Origin: an uncultured Actinomycetes bacterium
GTDB lineage: Bacteria > Actinomycetota > Thermoleophilia > UBA2241
Reading direction: 5' to 3'
Assembly (NCBI GenBank): GCA_963767005.1
Contig: CAVYCN010000019.1
Location: forward strand, 108,080-172,079
Length of the DNA: 64,000 nucleotides
Shown here one piece after another: positions 53,281 to 61,720 of this stretch. The stretch's first letter is position 1, and every line of letters starts with the position of its first letter. The position numbers were made by a program, and so were the translations under genes. The notes beneath the pieces are model-generated. The model was not told the DNA's origin. It worked only from the letters and a program-made list of their open reading frames with translations, and ran no database searches.

Positions 53281-53327
53281 CAGACGGGGCGGGCGGCATC
53301 CCGTCGGGATGCCGCCCGCCCCGTCTG
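53281..53327. terminator. 22-bp perfect hairpin between fdhA and mop
   Basis: CAGACGGGGCGGGCGGCATCCC (53281-53302), loop GTC, then GGGATGCCGCCCGCCCCGTCTG (53306-53327). It lies 50 nt downstream of the fdhA stop. There is no clear U-tract. Confidence 0.55.
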
Positions 53328-53377
53328 TCTCGTCGCGCCCACCCGCGGGCGAGCCCGCGCAGCCGCGATCCGGCCGG

Positions 53378-56092
53378 TCAGCCGACCGGCACGGCCGCCG
53401 GCTCGTCGGCGGGCGCGGGCGCCTTTTCGATGCGCACCGCGCAGACCTTGAACTCGGCCGTCTTGGTGACCGGGTCGAAGGCCGAGTTGGTGAGCTCGTT
53501 GACCGGCGATTCCTTGTAGTGGAACGTCATGAAGCAGACGCCCGGCGGCACGATGTCGGTCACCGTCACGTGCGTCGTGATCGAGCCGCGCCGCGAGCTC
53601 ACGCGGGCCACGTCGCCCTCGGCCAGGTCGAGCCGTTCGGCGTCGACCGGGTTGATCTGGGCGAGCTCGTGGGGCCGCAGGTTCTCGAGGTTGGCCGAGT
53701 GCCGGGTCATGATGTTGTAGTGGTAGAGCATGCGCCCGGTCGTGAGCAGGATCGGGTACTCGTCGCTGCAGAGCTCGGCCGGCGCCTCGTACTCGATCCC
53801 CTGCAGCAGGCCCTTGCCACGTGTGAACCTGCCGACGTGCAGGAACCTGGTGCCCGGATGCGACTCGTCGGGGCAGGGCCACTGCAGGCCGACCTGATCG
53901 ATGCGCTCGTAGGTGATGCCGGCGTACTGCGGCACCAGGGCGCGCATCTCGTCGAAGATCTCCTGGGGCGAGTCGTAGTGCACCTCGTGGCCAAGGCGGC
54001 ACGAGAGGTCGGCGATGATCTGCCAGTCGGGGCGGCACTGCCCCGGCGGCTCGACCGCCTTGCGCACGCGCTGCACGCGGCGCTCGGTGTTGGTGAAGGT
54101 GCCGTCCTTCTCGGCGTAGCAGGCCGCCGGCAGGAACACGTCGGCGTACTTGGCCGTCTCGGTGATGAACAGGTTCTGGACCACGAGGAACTCGAGGCTG
54201 TCGAGAGCCTTGCGCACGTGGTTGGCGTCGGCGTCGGTGAGCGCCGGGTCCTCGCCCATGATGTACATCGCCTTGAGCTTGCCGTAGACGGCCATGTCGA
54301 GCATCTCGGGGATGCGCAGGCCCATCTTCTCGGGCAGCGGCACGCCGTAGGCGGCCGCGAACTTCGCCCTGGCGGCCTCGTCGTTCACGCTCGGGTAGCC
54401 CGGGTACGAGTTGGGCAGAGCGCCCATGTCGCAGGAGCCCTGCACGTTGTTCTGGCCGCGCAGCGGATTGACGCCGGCGTTCTCGACGCCGATGTGGCCG
54501 GTGACCATGGCGAGGTTGGCCAGGTTCATGACGTTGGCCGTGCCGGTGGTGTGCTCGGTGATGCCGAGCGTGTAGAAGATGCCGGCCTTGGGCGTGTTGG
54601 CGTACAGCTCGGCGGCCGCGCGGAGCTGCTCGACCGCCACGCCGGTGATCTCGGCGACGCGCTCGGGCGGGTAGTCCTTGACAACCTCCCAGAGGCCGTC
54701 GAACCCCTCGCAGCGCTCGGCGATGTAGGCCTTGTCGTGCCAGTCGTTGCTGATGATCAGGTAGAGCAGTCCGTTGACGAGCGCGTTGTCGGTGCCGGGC
54801 TTCAAGCGCAACCAGATGTGGGCGAGCTCGGCGAGCTCGGTGCGCCGCGGGTCGGCGACGATCAGCTTGGCGCCGTTCATGGTCGCGGCGCGCTTCATCT
54901 TGTTGCCGATGATCGGGTGCGCCTCGGGGGCGTTGGACCCGATGATGAACAGCACGTCGTCGAACTCGATCTCGCCGATCGAGTTGGTCATCGCGCCTGA
55001 ACCGAGCGTGGCGGCCAGACCGGCCACCGTCGGAGCGTGTCAGGTACGTGCGCAGTGATCGATGCTGTTGGTGTTCAGCCCCGCCCTCGTCAGGCGCTGC
55101 AGCAGGTAGTTCTCTTCGTTGGTGCAGCGCGCGGAGCTGAGCACGGCGAGGGCGTCGGGCCCGTCGCTGTGCTTGATCTCGAGCAGGCGCTTGGCGGTGT
55201 AGTCGAGCGCCTCGTCCCAGGTCGCCTCGACGAACACGCCGTCGCGCTTGATGAGCGGCGTCGTCACGCGGTCGGGGCTCGAGATGAGGTCGGTGTGGAA
55301 GCGGCCCTTGACGCACAGCGCGCCGGCGTTGACCGGCGCCTCGTAGTTGGCCGTGACGCCCACGACCTCGCCGTGGGCGACGTTCAGGTCGAAGTTGCAG
55401 CCGACGCCGCAGAAGGGGCAGGTGGTGCGCACCTTGGTGCGGTCCCAGCTCCGCGTGCCCTTGAGCTGCTTGTTGACGAGGGCGCCGGTCGGGCAGACGT
55501 CGACGCATTGGCCGCAGAAGCGGCAGAAATCCTGGTCGAGGGCGTGATCGAACGACGAGGTCACGGTCGACTCGAAGCCGCGGCCGGCGAAGTCGACCGC
55601 GCTCGTCACCTGCACCTCGGCGCAGACCCGCACGCACTTGCCGCAGAGGATGCACTTGTTCTGGTCGCGCTCGATCAGGTGGTTGACCGAGTCGATCTCG
55701 AGCTGCTTGGTGGCGCCCTTCACGAAGCTCGTGTGGTCGACGCCGTAGCGATAGCAGTACTCCTGCAGCAGGCAGTCGCCGGCCTGCTCGCAGATGAGGC
55801 AGTCCTGGGGGTGGTCGGAGAGCAGCAGGTCGAGCACCGTGCGGCGCGCGTCGACCACGCCCTCGGACTCGGTGAGCACGACCATGCCCTCGGTCACCGG
55901 CGTGGCGCAGGCGGCCGCCAGGTTGGGCCGGCCCTCGATCTCGACGCTGCACAGACGGCAGGCACCGAAGAGCGAGAGGTTCTTGTCGTAGCAGAGGGCG
56001 GGGATGTCGATGCCGACGCTCGCCGCCGCGTCGAGGATGGACGTGCCCGGCGGGACGCTGACCGCCCGACCGTCGATCACCAGGTCGACCAT
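53378..56092 (-). CDS. fdhA: Formate dehydrogenase alpha subunit (NuoG-like 2Fe-2S/4Fe-4S N-terminus + Mo/W-bis-PGD domain), selenocysteine encoded by in-frame TGA at 55040-55042
   Basis: Track ORFs 55040-56122 and 53378-55027 are in the same frame, separated only by a TGA. The junction reads NSIDHCART-[TGA]-HAPTVAGLAATLGSGAMTNSI, matching the FdhF-type ...CAR-x-U-H-x-P-(S/T)-V motif. N-terminus: VDLVIDGRAVSVPPGTSILDAA...CYDKNLSLFGACRLCSVEI. Likely start is ATG 56092 (or 56098), after GGAGGG. Confidence 0.88.
55010..55039 (-). promoter_or_regulatory. SECIS-like hairpin immediately 3' of the in-frame UGA
   Basis: The RNA reads UGA CACGCUCCGAC GGUGGCC GGUCU GGCCGCC. This is a 7-bp stem (one G-U) starting 12 nt after the UGA. 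The GGUCU apical loop resembles the E. coli fdhF SECIS loop. Confidence 0.65.
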
Positions 56093-56204
56093 ACTCATCC
56101 CTCCACGTCCACGGGGAATCACTGCCGCGCGCCTGCGAGCCGCGCGCCTGCGCCGGCGTTCCGGATGAGACCGGGCCGGCGGGCTTGTGGCCCGCTTCGC
56201 AATC

Positions 56205-56222
56205 TGTCAGAGATTGTAGCGG
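56205..56222 (-). promoter_or_regulatory. Candidate promoter/operator of fdhA: GCTACAATC overlapping inverted repeat CAATCT-N5-AGATTG
   Basis: Plus strand caatctgtcagagattgtagc (56200-56220). It has the same 9-mer gattgtagc as upstream of mop and is an AT-rich island in GC-rich DNA. A 15-nt tandem duplication (gccgcgcgcctgcga / gccgcgcgcctgcgc) lies in the leader at about 56124-56153. Confidence 0.35.
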
Positions 56223-56407
56223 TTCCGCGCGGGCGCGGCCAACGGGCGCGCGACTGCGGCCCGCGGACGTCGACCACCGCACCGTCCGCATCCGGCCCGA
56301 CGTGCTCGGACGCGACGTGGCCACATGTCCAAGAGAAGACGTCGCGGTTCTGCCACACCGGCGCGGACTCGCCTTGCCTGGGCTCCGCCCCGGACATAGA
56401 ATCCGCC

Positions 56408-56512
56408 CTGTCTCCGAGCCCGGGAACCCTAAGGACCTGATTGGTCTAAGGACCTTGGGCCGGTAGGGTACAGCGCGAAAGCGCCGTGTCTCCCAGTGCG
56501 GAAAGGAGATGG
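56408..56512 (+). promoter_or_regulatory. Moco (molybdenum cofactor) riboswitch-like aptamer
   Basis: The 5' end reads CCUGUCUCCGAGCC and the 3' end GCGGAAAGGAGAUGG. These can pair as P1 (56408-56415 with 56505-56512). A GAAA-tetraloop hairpin GCGC-GAAA-GCGC lies at 56473-56484. Tetraloop-receptor-like CCUAAG (56428-56433) and UCUAAG (56445-56450) are present. These are the features I recall for the Moco RNA motif (Rfam RF01055). It sits 170 nt upstream of a Mo/W-related operon. Confidence 0.7.
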
Positions 56513-56565
56513 CGCCGTCACGGCACCGTCCGCCCGACGCGGGGGTCGTGACAGCCCGCGCTTGC

Positions 56566-56657
56566 GGCCGGCCTCGAAGACGGCAGGCCGGGGGAGCGCC
56601 GGCCATCCTCTTCTCTTTCTCTTCTGGGCGCAGCGGAAGAGGCCGCGTGGCCTCTTC
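56566..56657 (+). terminator. Possible riboswitch expression platform: stem-loops followed by a pyrimidine/U-rich tract, with mutually exclusive pairings near the RBS
   Basis: CCGGCCU (56568-56574) pairs with AGGCCGG (56585-56591), and GGCCGG (56566-56571) with CCGGCC (56599-56604). AUCCUCUUCUCUUUCUCUUCU follows at 56605-56625. GAAGAGGCC (56636-56644) can pair either with GGCCUCUUC (56649-56657) or, via GAAGAGG, with CCUCUUC (56607-56613). RBS GAGAGGAG is at 56667-56674. Confidence 0.35.
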
Positions 56658-56683
56658 AGGTCGAGTGAGAGGAGTCATCGAAC

Positions 56684-57607
56684 ATGAGCAACCGCAGGCA
56701 GGGCATCGTACTTCTCGTCGTCGCCGTCCTGGTGGCAGCGGGCGTCATGCTGGCAATCGGCGCCGCTCCTGGCGCGACCGGCAAAGCGAGCGCCGCCCCC
56801 ACGACGTCGCCGTCGCCCTCGGCCAGCCCCGTGCTGCAGGTCGACCGCAACGGCCACAAGGTGGCGAGCTACACCCTCGACCAGATCAAGGCCTTCACCG
56901 CCGTTGCCACCTACGCCGGCTGGCGGGGCGGCTCGGCGCACGGTCCCGACGCCGTGACAGGCGCGGCCATTACCGACATCCTGAGCGCCGCCCTGGGCAC
57001 GCCGCTGACGACGGTCGAAAGCCTCCAGATCGCCGAGGTCCCGATCCAGCCGTCGGGTTACTCGCAGACCTTCAGCGGCCCGCAGATCATCGATCCCAAG
57101 GACAACTACGGGATGGTCGACTCGACCGGCACGCCTATCCCGCCGGCGAGCCTGACAGGCACGATCGCCGCCGTGCTCGTGTATTCGGATCCCGACGGAA
57201 ACGTCATGTCCGCCTCGAGCGGTCCGCTGCGCTCCTTCATGACCGATTCCGTGCTCGCCGACGGCGCATTCACGGTCGGTCAGAACAGCGTCTCGTCGGC
57301 CAACCTCCTGAACGTCATCGACGCCATCAAGATCACCTGCAAGCCCAGGCCGCGCGTCGTCACGCTCGGCAAGTCGTGCGCGTTCCGCGGCGTCGTGACC
57401 AACGCCATCGCGACCAACAAGTGGGTGGCCGTGCGCATGGTCAAGAACGGCAAGTTCGTCCTCAAGGGGACCGGCAAGGTCTCGGCGACCGGCGCCTACC
57501 GCATCGTGATCAAGCCGGGGAGGGTCGGCAAGCTCCACTTCGTCGTCACGTACCGGGCCGGCGCGATGTTCTTCAGCAAGGCGGTGACGATCACCGTCCA
57601 TAAGTAG
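56684..57607 (+). CDS. Exported protein P1: one sulfite-oxidase-fold-like (molybdopterin-oxidoreductase-like) module plus C-terminal Ig-like domain
   Basis: Signal/anchor MSNRRQGIVLLVVAVLVAAGVMLAIGAAPGA, then a PS-rich linker. Module: VASYTLDQIKAF...HGPDAVTGAAITDILSAALG...SGPLRSF, paralogous to the N-modules of P3 and P4. C-terminal beta-rich ~90 aa. Intact at 307 aa. Confidence 0.6.
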   Translation: MSNRRQGIVLLVVAVLVAAGVMLAIGAAPGATGKASAAPTTSPSPSASPVLQVDRNGHKVASYTLDQIKAFTAVATYAGWRGGSAHGPDAVTGAAITDILSAALGTPLTTVESLQIAEVPIQPSGYSQTFSGPQIIDPKDNYGMVDSTGTPIPPASLTGTIAAVLVYSDPDGNVMSASSGPLRSFMTDSVLADGAFTVGQNSVSSANLLNVIDAIKITCKPRPRVVTLGKSCAFRGVVTNAIATNKWVAVRMVKNGKFVLKGTGKVSATGAYRIVIKPGRVGKLHFVVTYRAGAMFFSKAVTITVHK

Positions 57608-57664
57608 CGATCGGACGCGGCGCCCTCGGGGTCGAACGACCCGCGGGCGGCCGCGCAGGCGGCG

Positions 57665-57706
57665 GACCGGTGGCGTCGGCTCCGCGCGGAGCCGACGCCA
57701 CCGGTC
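57665..57706 (+). terminator. 19-bp perfect GC-rich hairpin (GCGC loop) between P1 and P2
   Basis: GACCGGTGGCGTCGGCTCC (57665-57683), loop GCGC, then GGAGCCGACGCCACCGGTC (57688-57706). No U-tract. Confidence 0.45.
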
Positions 57707-57762
57707 GTCCCCGCGTCGCGGCAGCGGTCGCGCGCGGCAGGTGAAGGAGGCCTGACACGGTC

Positions 57763-59355
57763 ATGAGCGCATCCATCGCGCGTCACAGGGCGGCTCGGCG
57801 GGGCCGCGGCGCCGCTGTCTGTGCGTCAGCGGCGCTCGCCGCGGCGTGGCTCCTGCTCGGCGTCGTGTCCGTCGCCGGCGCGGCGCCGGCGACCCCGGCC
57901 GCTGGGACGGGCGCGACGGCCCAGGCCTCGCCGGCGACGACGGACGCGCAAGCCGCGTCCTCCACACCGTACGGCTGGGTCGTGCAGCTGCGCGGCGTGC
58001 TCAGCAGAGATCTCACCTCCGGTCAATTCGCCGCGCTCGCGGCCAAGTACTCGATCTGGAACGACGGCACCGACACCTGGACCGGCGTACCGCTGTGGCG
58101 TCTGGTCGCGCTGGTCGACGACAAGAACGCGGCCACGTTCGACGCGAGCCTGGCCAAGAAGGGCTACTCGATCCAGGTCGTCGGCCTTGGCGGCGTGGTG
58201 ACGCTGACGAGCGCCGACGGGCTGTGGGTCGGCAAGAACGGCGTGCTGGTCGCCGACCTCGAGGATTCGCTGCCCCTGGCATTCGGCACGCTGGCCGGCG
58301 CGACGTGGACGCCGACGTGGCCGGCCGAGCTCGTCGGCGCGGGCTTGACCGCCGATCGGCAGCTCGGCGGTGTCGTGCGGGTCATCGTATACAAGCCGGG
58401 CGTCAAACCGCCGGCAAGCCCCACGGTCCAGCCGAGCTGGGTCGTGCAGGTGCGCGGTGGCCTGAAGAGCGTCGACGACTCGGCCTCGCAGTTCCGCGCG
58501 CTCGCCAAGGCTCACCCGGTGAGCTGGACCGACACGGCCACCTCAGCCAAGTACACGGGCACGCCACTGTGGCGCCTGGTCGCCCAGGCCGACGGCGGCA
58601 GCCCGACCGCGCTGAACCTCGACCTCCTCGGCCTTGGCAACCTCGCCGCCCCCGGCGTGGGGTACAGCGTCGACGTGGTCGGCATGGGTGCGTCGGGCGC
58701 CACCACGACCACGGTCACGGCCTCGCAGTTCGCCGCCTCCAACAGCGTGGTCCTGGCCGACCGCCAGGGCTCTCCGCTCGCCCAGCTCACGCCGCTCGCC
58801 GGCACCGTCACAGGGTTGGACCCGGACTACGCCTGGACGCCGACCTGGCCACTGCGACTCTGCGGCACCGGCGTGACCACCGGCCAGGGCGGCGTGCTGC
58901 GCGTCGTGATCCACCGGCCACCGGTGCCGTCGTACGTGGTGCCGCTCACGCTGGTCGGGAGGCGCACGGTGAAGATCCCGTATCTCGCCTTCCCGACGTC
59001 GGTCACCTGGGACGGCCGCAAAGCCGGCAACATCAACCCCCAGCTCCGGGCGCTGTACCGCGGCCAGGCGCTGGACAAGCTGATCGGCCTGGTCGACGAC
59101 AAGGACCCCAAGACGTTCAACGCGACGCTCGCGCGCAAGGGCTACAAGATCGAGTTCATCGCAAGCGACGGCTACAAGTGGACGATCAGCAGCAAGACGG
59201 TCGTCGGCCGGACGCACTGGATCGTCGCGTCGCTCAAAGACGGCGCGACCATGGCGTCGGGCGAGGGCCCGTACCGCTATGTCGGATCGTTCATCAAGCC
59301 GTTCTACGGCAAACCGTCGGTGTACAAGCTCATCAAGATCAAGCTGATCTTCTAG
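57763..59355 (+). CDS. Exported protein P2: three tandem sulfite-oxidase-fold-like modules
   Basis: Signal with an RR pair: MSASIARHRAARRGRGAAVCASAALAAAWLLLGVVSVAGA. Three repeats carry W-T-G-(V/T)-PLWRLV...D, KKGY.I, P(L/A)RL/ELVG and VVRVIV / VLRVVI / LIKIKL endings. Intact at 530 aa. ATG is preceded by GAAGGAGG. Confidence 0.6.
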   Translation: MSASIARHRAARRGRGAAVCASAALAAAWLLLGVVSVAGAAPATPAAGTGATAQASPATTDAQAASSTPYGWVVQLRGVLSRDLTSGQFAALAAKYSIWNDGTDTWTGVPLWRLVALVDDKNAATFDASLAKKGYSIQVVGLGGVVTLTSADGLWVGKNGVLVADLEDSLPLAFGTLAGATWTPTWPAELVGAGLTADRQLGGVVRVIVYKPGVKPPASPTVQPSWVVQVRGGLKSVDDSASQFRALAKAHPVSWTDTATSAKYTGTPLWRLVAQADGGSPTALNLDLLGLGNLAAPGVGYSVDVVGMGASGATTTTVTASQFAASNSVVLADRQGSPLAQLTPLAGTVTGLDPDYAWTPTWPLRLCGTGVTTGQGGVLRVVIHRPPVPSYVVPLTLVGRRTVKIPYLAFPTSVTWDGRKAGNINPQLRALYRGQALDKLIGLVDDKDPKTFNATLARKGYKIEFIASDGYKWTISSKTVVGRTHWIVASLKDGATMASGEGPYRYVGSFIKPFYGKPSVYKLIKIKLIF

Positions 59356-59440
59356 GAGACCGAAGGTCCGGCGACGAACTCGTCGGGCGGGGCCCGCGGA
59401 GGGCAACGGCCGCGAGGCCATGCACGAAGAGAGGGGAGCC

Positions 59441-60583
59441 ATGAAGAGGCGCAGAGACCTGATGACCCTGGTGGTCGTCGCCGCGATCCTCGCCGCCAGC
59501 GTCGTGCTGGCCGGCAGCGTCGCACGCGGGGCGACAGGCGGCGGGACCGCTCTCGGCGTCTCGCCCTCACCGTGGCCGTCGCCGTCGCCGAGCGTCGTGC
59601 TGCAGGTCGGCCACGACGGCACGTTCGTGAAGGAGTACACGCTGGCCGACCTCGAGGCGCTGCCGGCGTCGGACCCGGGCACCGCCGTGTTCAACGGCTA
59701 CGCCGGCTTCATGAACACCGGGAACATCGTCTACGGCCCCGATGCCGTGTCGGGAATCACCCTGTCCGACGTCCTGCAGGATGCGCTGGGGGCGCCGCTC
59801 GGCGCGAACCAGTCGGTGCAGTTCATCGGGTCCGACGGCTACGTGCAGACGTACTCCGACGCCCAGCTGACCAACGTCGACCAGATGACCCAGCTGTACA
59901 ACGCGACCACCAAGGCACCGGTGTCGTCGACGAGCTACACGGGACCGTTCGCCACGGTCCTCCTGTACGCCGACAACACGCCTGGCGGCCAGGTGTTCAA
60001 CCCTGATCCGCCGCCCGCCGGCGACGGGCCCCTGCGCCTGGCGGTCGCCGACGCCACGAACGAGAACGTCGTCATGACCGGCAGCGACAGCGTCAAGTGG
60101 CTCGTCAAGCTGAACGTGCTCGACTCCGTGCCCAAGGACTGGAGCCTCAAGCTGACCGGGCTCAAGATCAAGGGCGTGCGGCAGACGCGCACGATCAGGC
60201 GCAACGACTACTCGAGCTGCCTAAGCTGCCACGAGTACTCGCACAAGGGCCAGTACACGACCCTCGGCCACAAGTGGAGCGGCGTGCCGCTCTACATGCT
60301 GATCGGCGAGGTCGACGGCGGCAACACGATGACCTTCAACGCCGCGCTCGCGAAGAAGGGCTACCGCATCGAGGTCATCACCTCGAAGGGCCAGAAGCGC
60401 TACGTGAGCTCGCGCCTGATCGTCTACAAGGGCGAGGGTCGGCGCAAGGTCGTGCTCGCCTGGACCCGCGACGGCCTGACGCTCCCCAGCAGCTCGTTCC
60501 CGCTGCGCCTGGTCGGTCCGACCCTGCTGTCGTCGCAGGAGATCGGCCGCATCACGCGGGTCGTGCTGCTGCCCGCGAAGTAA
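59441..60583 (+). CDS. Exported protein P3: two sulfite-oxidase-fold-like modules, second one with CLSCH (CxxCH) motif
   Basis: Signal: MKRRRDLMTLVVVAAILAASVVLAGSVARGA. N-module: YTLADLEALP...YGPDAVSGITLSDVL...GSDGYVQTY...GDGPLRLAV...SVKWLVKLNV. C-module: DYSSCLSCHEY...KWSGVPLYMLIGEVDGG...LAKKGYRIEVI...FPLRLVGPTLLSSQEIGRITRVVL. I prefer ATG 59441 (after GAGAGGGGAG) to the track start at 59420. Confidence 0.6.
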   Translation: MKRRRDLMTLVVVAAILAASVVLAGSVARGATGGGTALGVSPSPWPSPSPSVVLQVGHDGTFVKEYTLADLEALPASDPGTAVFNGYAGFMNTGNIVYGPDAVSGITLSDVLQDALGAPLGANQSVQFIGSDGYVQTYSDAQLTNVDQMTQLYNATTKAPVSSTSYTGPFATVLLYADNTPGGQVFNPDPPPAGDGPLRLAVADATNENVVMTGSDSVKWLVKLNVLDSVPKDWSLKLTGLKIKGVRQTRTIRRNDYSSCLSCHEYSHKGQYTTLGHKWSGVPLYMLIGEVDGGNTMTFNAALAKKGYRIEVITSKGQKRYVSSRLIVYKGEGRRKVVLAWTRDGLTLPSSSFPLRLVGPTLLSSQEIGRITRVVLLPAK

Positions 60584-60594
60584 CAAGAAGACGG

Positions 60595-60631
60595 GGGTGG
60601 GGGCGGGCTCTGAAAGAGCCCGCCCCCACCC
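60595..60631 (+). terminator. 16-bp perfect GC-rich hairpin between P3 and P4
   Basis: GGGTGGGGGCGGGCTC (60595-60610), loop TGAAA, then GAGCCCGCCCCCACCC (60616-60631). It starts 12 nt after the P3 stop. Confidence 0.5.
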
Positions 60632-60665
60632 GCCACAGGAGCGCGAGGGCGCCGAAAGGACGGCC

Positions 60666-61712
60666 ATGAGCCATCGCAGCATCGTCACGAGGCCGGCCGG
60701 TCTGATCGTCCTCGTGCTCCTCCTCCCCGCGCTCTTACTGGGCGCGGCGCTGGCCATCGGCGGCCTGGGCGGCTGCGGTGCGGCGGGATCGACCGCCACC
60801 TCGCCGAGCTCGGGCGGTCCCGTCGTGGTCACCGTCGCCGGCGCCAAGGGCAGCAAGTCGTTCACGCTGGCGCAACTCGAGGCGCTGCCCTCCTACACCG
60901 GTTACGCCGGCATCAAGGACAGCGTCGGGGTGATCACGCCGCCCACGCAGTACACGGGCGTGCCGCTCTCCGAGCTCACCGCGCAGGTCGGTGGCGTCGA
61001 CCCGTCGTACGGCGTCACGGTGCTCGCCAAGGACGGCTACGGCATGACTTTCTCGGCCGGGCAGGCGGCCGGCGGTGACTTCACGACCTACGACCCGGTG
61101 ACCGGCGCCGAGCGCTCGCCGGCCTACAAGCTCACGCTCGTGCTCGCCTACCGGCACCAGGGCAAGCCGCTCGACCCCTCCGAGGACGGCCCGTTGCATC
61201 TGGTCTTCGCCGAGCCCAAGGCCGACGTTGTGGTCGACGGCCACTGGTCGGTGCGCTGGGTCGACCGGCTCGAGGTCAAGAAGTCGCTCGGCCAGTGGCA
61301 GGTGGCGGTGCAGGGCTACACGAGCTCGACGCTCACCCAGGCGTCGTACGTTTCGTGCGCCTCGCCCGGCTGTCACGGCAGCGAGTACTCAGACACCTCG
61401 GGGCAGCGCTGGACCGGCATCCCGCTGTGGCTCGTGGTCGGATCGGTCGACGACGGCCGCACCCACGGTGCCGGGGCCTTCGACGTGAAGCTGGCCCGGA
61501 AGGGCTACCGGATCGAGCTGATCGCCGCGAACGGCGTCACGACCTTCTTGAGCTCGCGCGACCTGCTCAGGCACAAGAACTGGATCCTGGCCGGACAGAT
61601 GGACGGTGAGACGCTGACACCCGACTACTTCCCGCTGCGCCTGGTCGGACCGGGCCTCACCGACGACCAGTCGATCGGGCGCATCACCGAGGTGCGACTG
61701 CGCTCCGGCTGA
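60666..61712 (+). CDS. Lipoprotein P4: two sulfite-oxidase-fold-like modules, second one with CASPGCH (Cx4CH) motif
   Basis: Lipobox in MSHRSIVTRPAGLIVLVLLLPALLLGAALAIGGLGGCG. N-module: FTLAQLEALP...QYTGVPLSELTAQVG...AKDGYGMTF...EDGPLHLVF...SVRWVDRLEV. C-module: YVSCASPGCHGSEY...RWTGIPLWLVVGSVDDG...LARKGYRIELI...FPLRLVGPGLTDDQSIGRITEVRL. ATG 60666. Confidence 0.6.
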   Translation: MSHRSIVTRPAGLIVLVLLLPALLLGAALAIGGLGGCGAAGSTATSPSSGGPVVVTVAGAKGSKSFTLAQLEALPSYTGYAGIKDSVGVITPPTQYTGVPLSELTAQVGGVDPSYGVTVLAKDGYGMTFSAGQAAGGDFTTYDPVTGAERSPAYKLTLVLAYRHQGKPLDPSEDGPLHLVFAEPKADVVVDGHWSVRWVDRLEVKKSLGQWQVAVQGYTSSTLTQASYVSCASPGCHGSEYSDTSGQRWTGIPLWLVVGSVDDGRTHGAGAFDVKLARKGYRIELIAANGVTTFLSSRDLLRHKNWILAGQMDGETLTPDYFPLRLVGPGLTDDQSIGRITEVRLRSG

Positions 61713-61720
61713 GGGTGATC

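Noticed and set aside
55040-55042. TGA read as a genuine stop, splitting formate dehydrogenase into a 360-aa FeS protein and a 549-aa molybdopterin protein.
   Set aside because: Both parts are in the same frame. The TGA sits exactly at the conserved Sec/Cys position (CAR-x-U-H-x-P-T-V). The downstream part has no RBS or start of its own, apart from an internal GTG. A SECIS-like hairpin follows.
56509-57603. ORF of 364 aa starting at the ATG inside the riboswitch 3' end (GGAGATG).
   Set aside because: There is zero spacing between GGAG and ATG. The product is Arg/Pro-rich nonsense. It overlaps P1, which has its own RBS and a proper signal peptide, out of frame.
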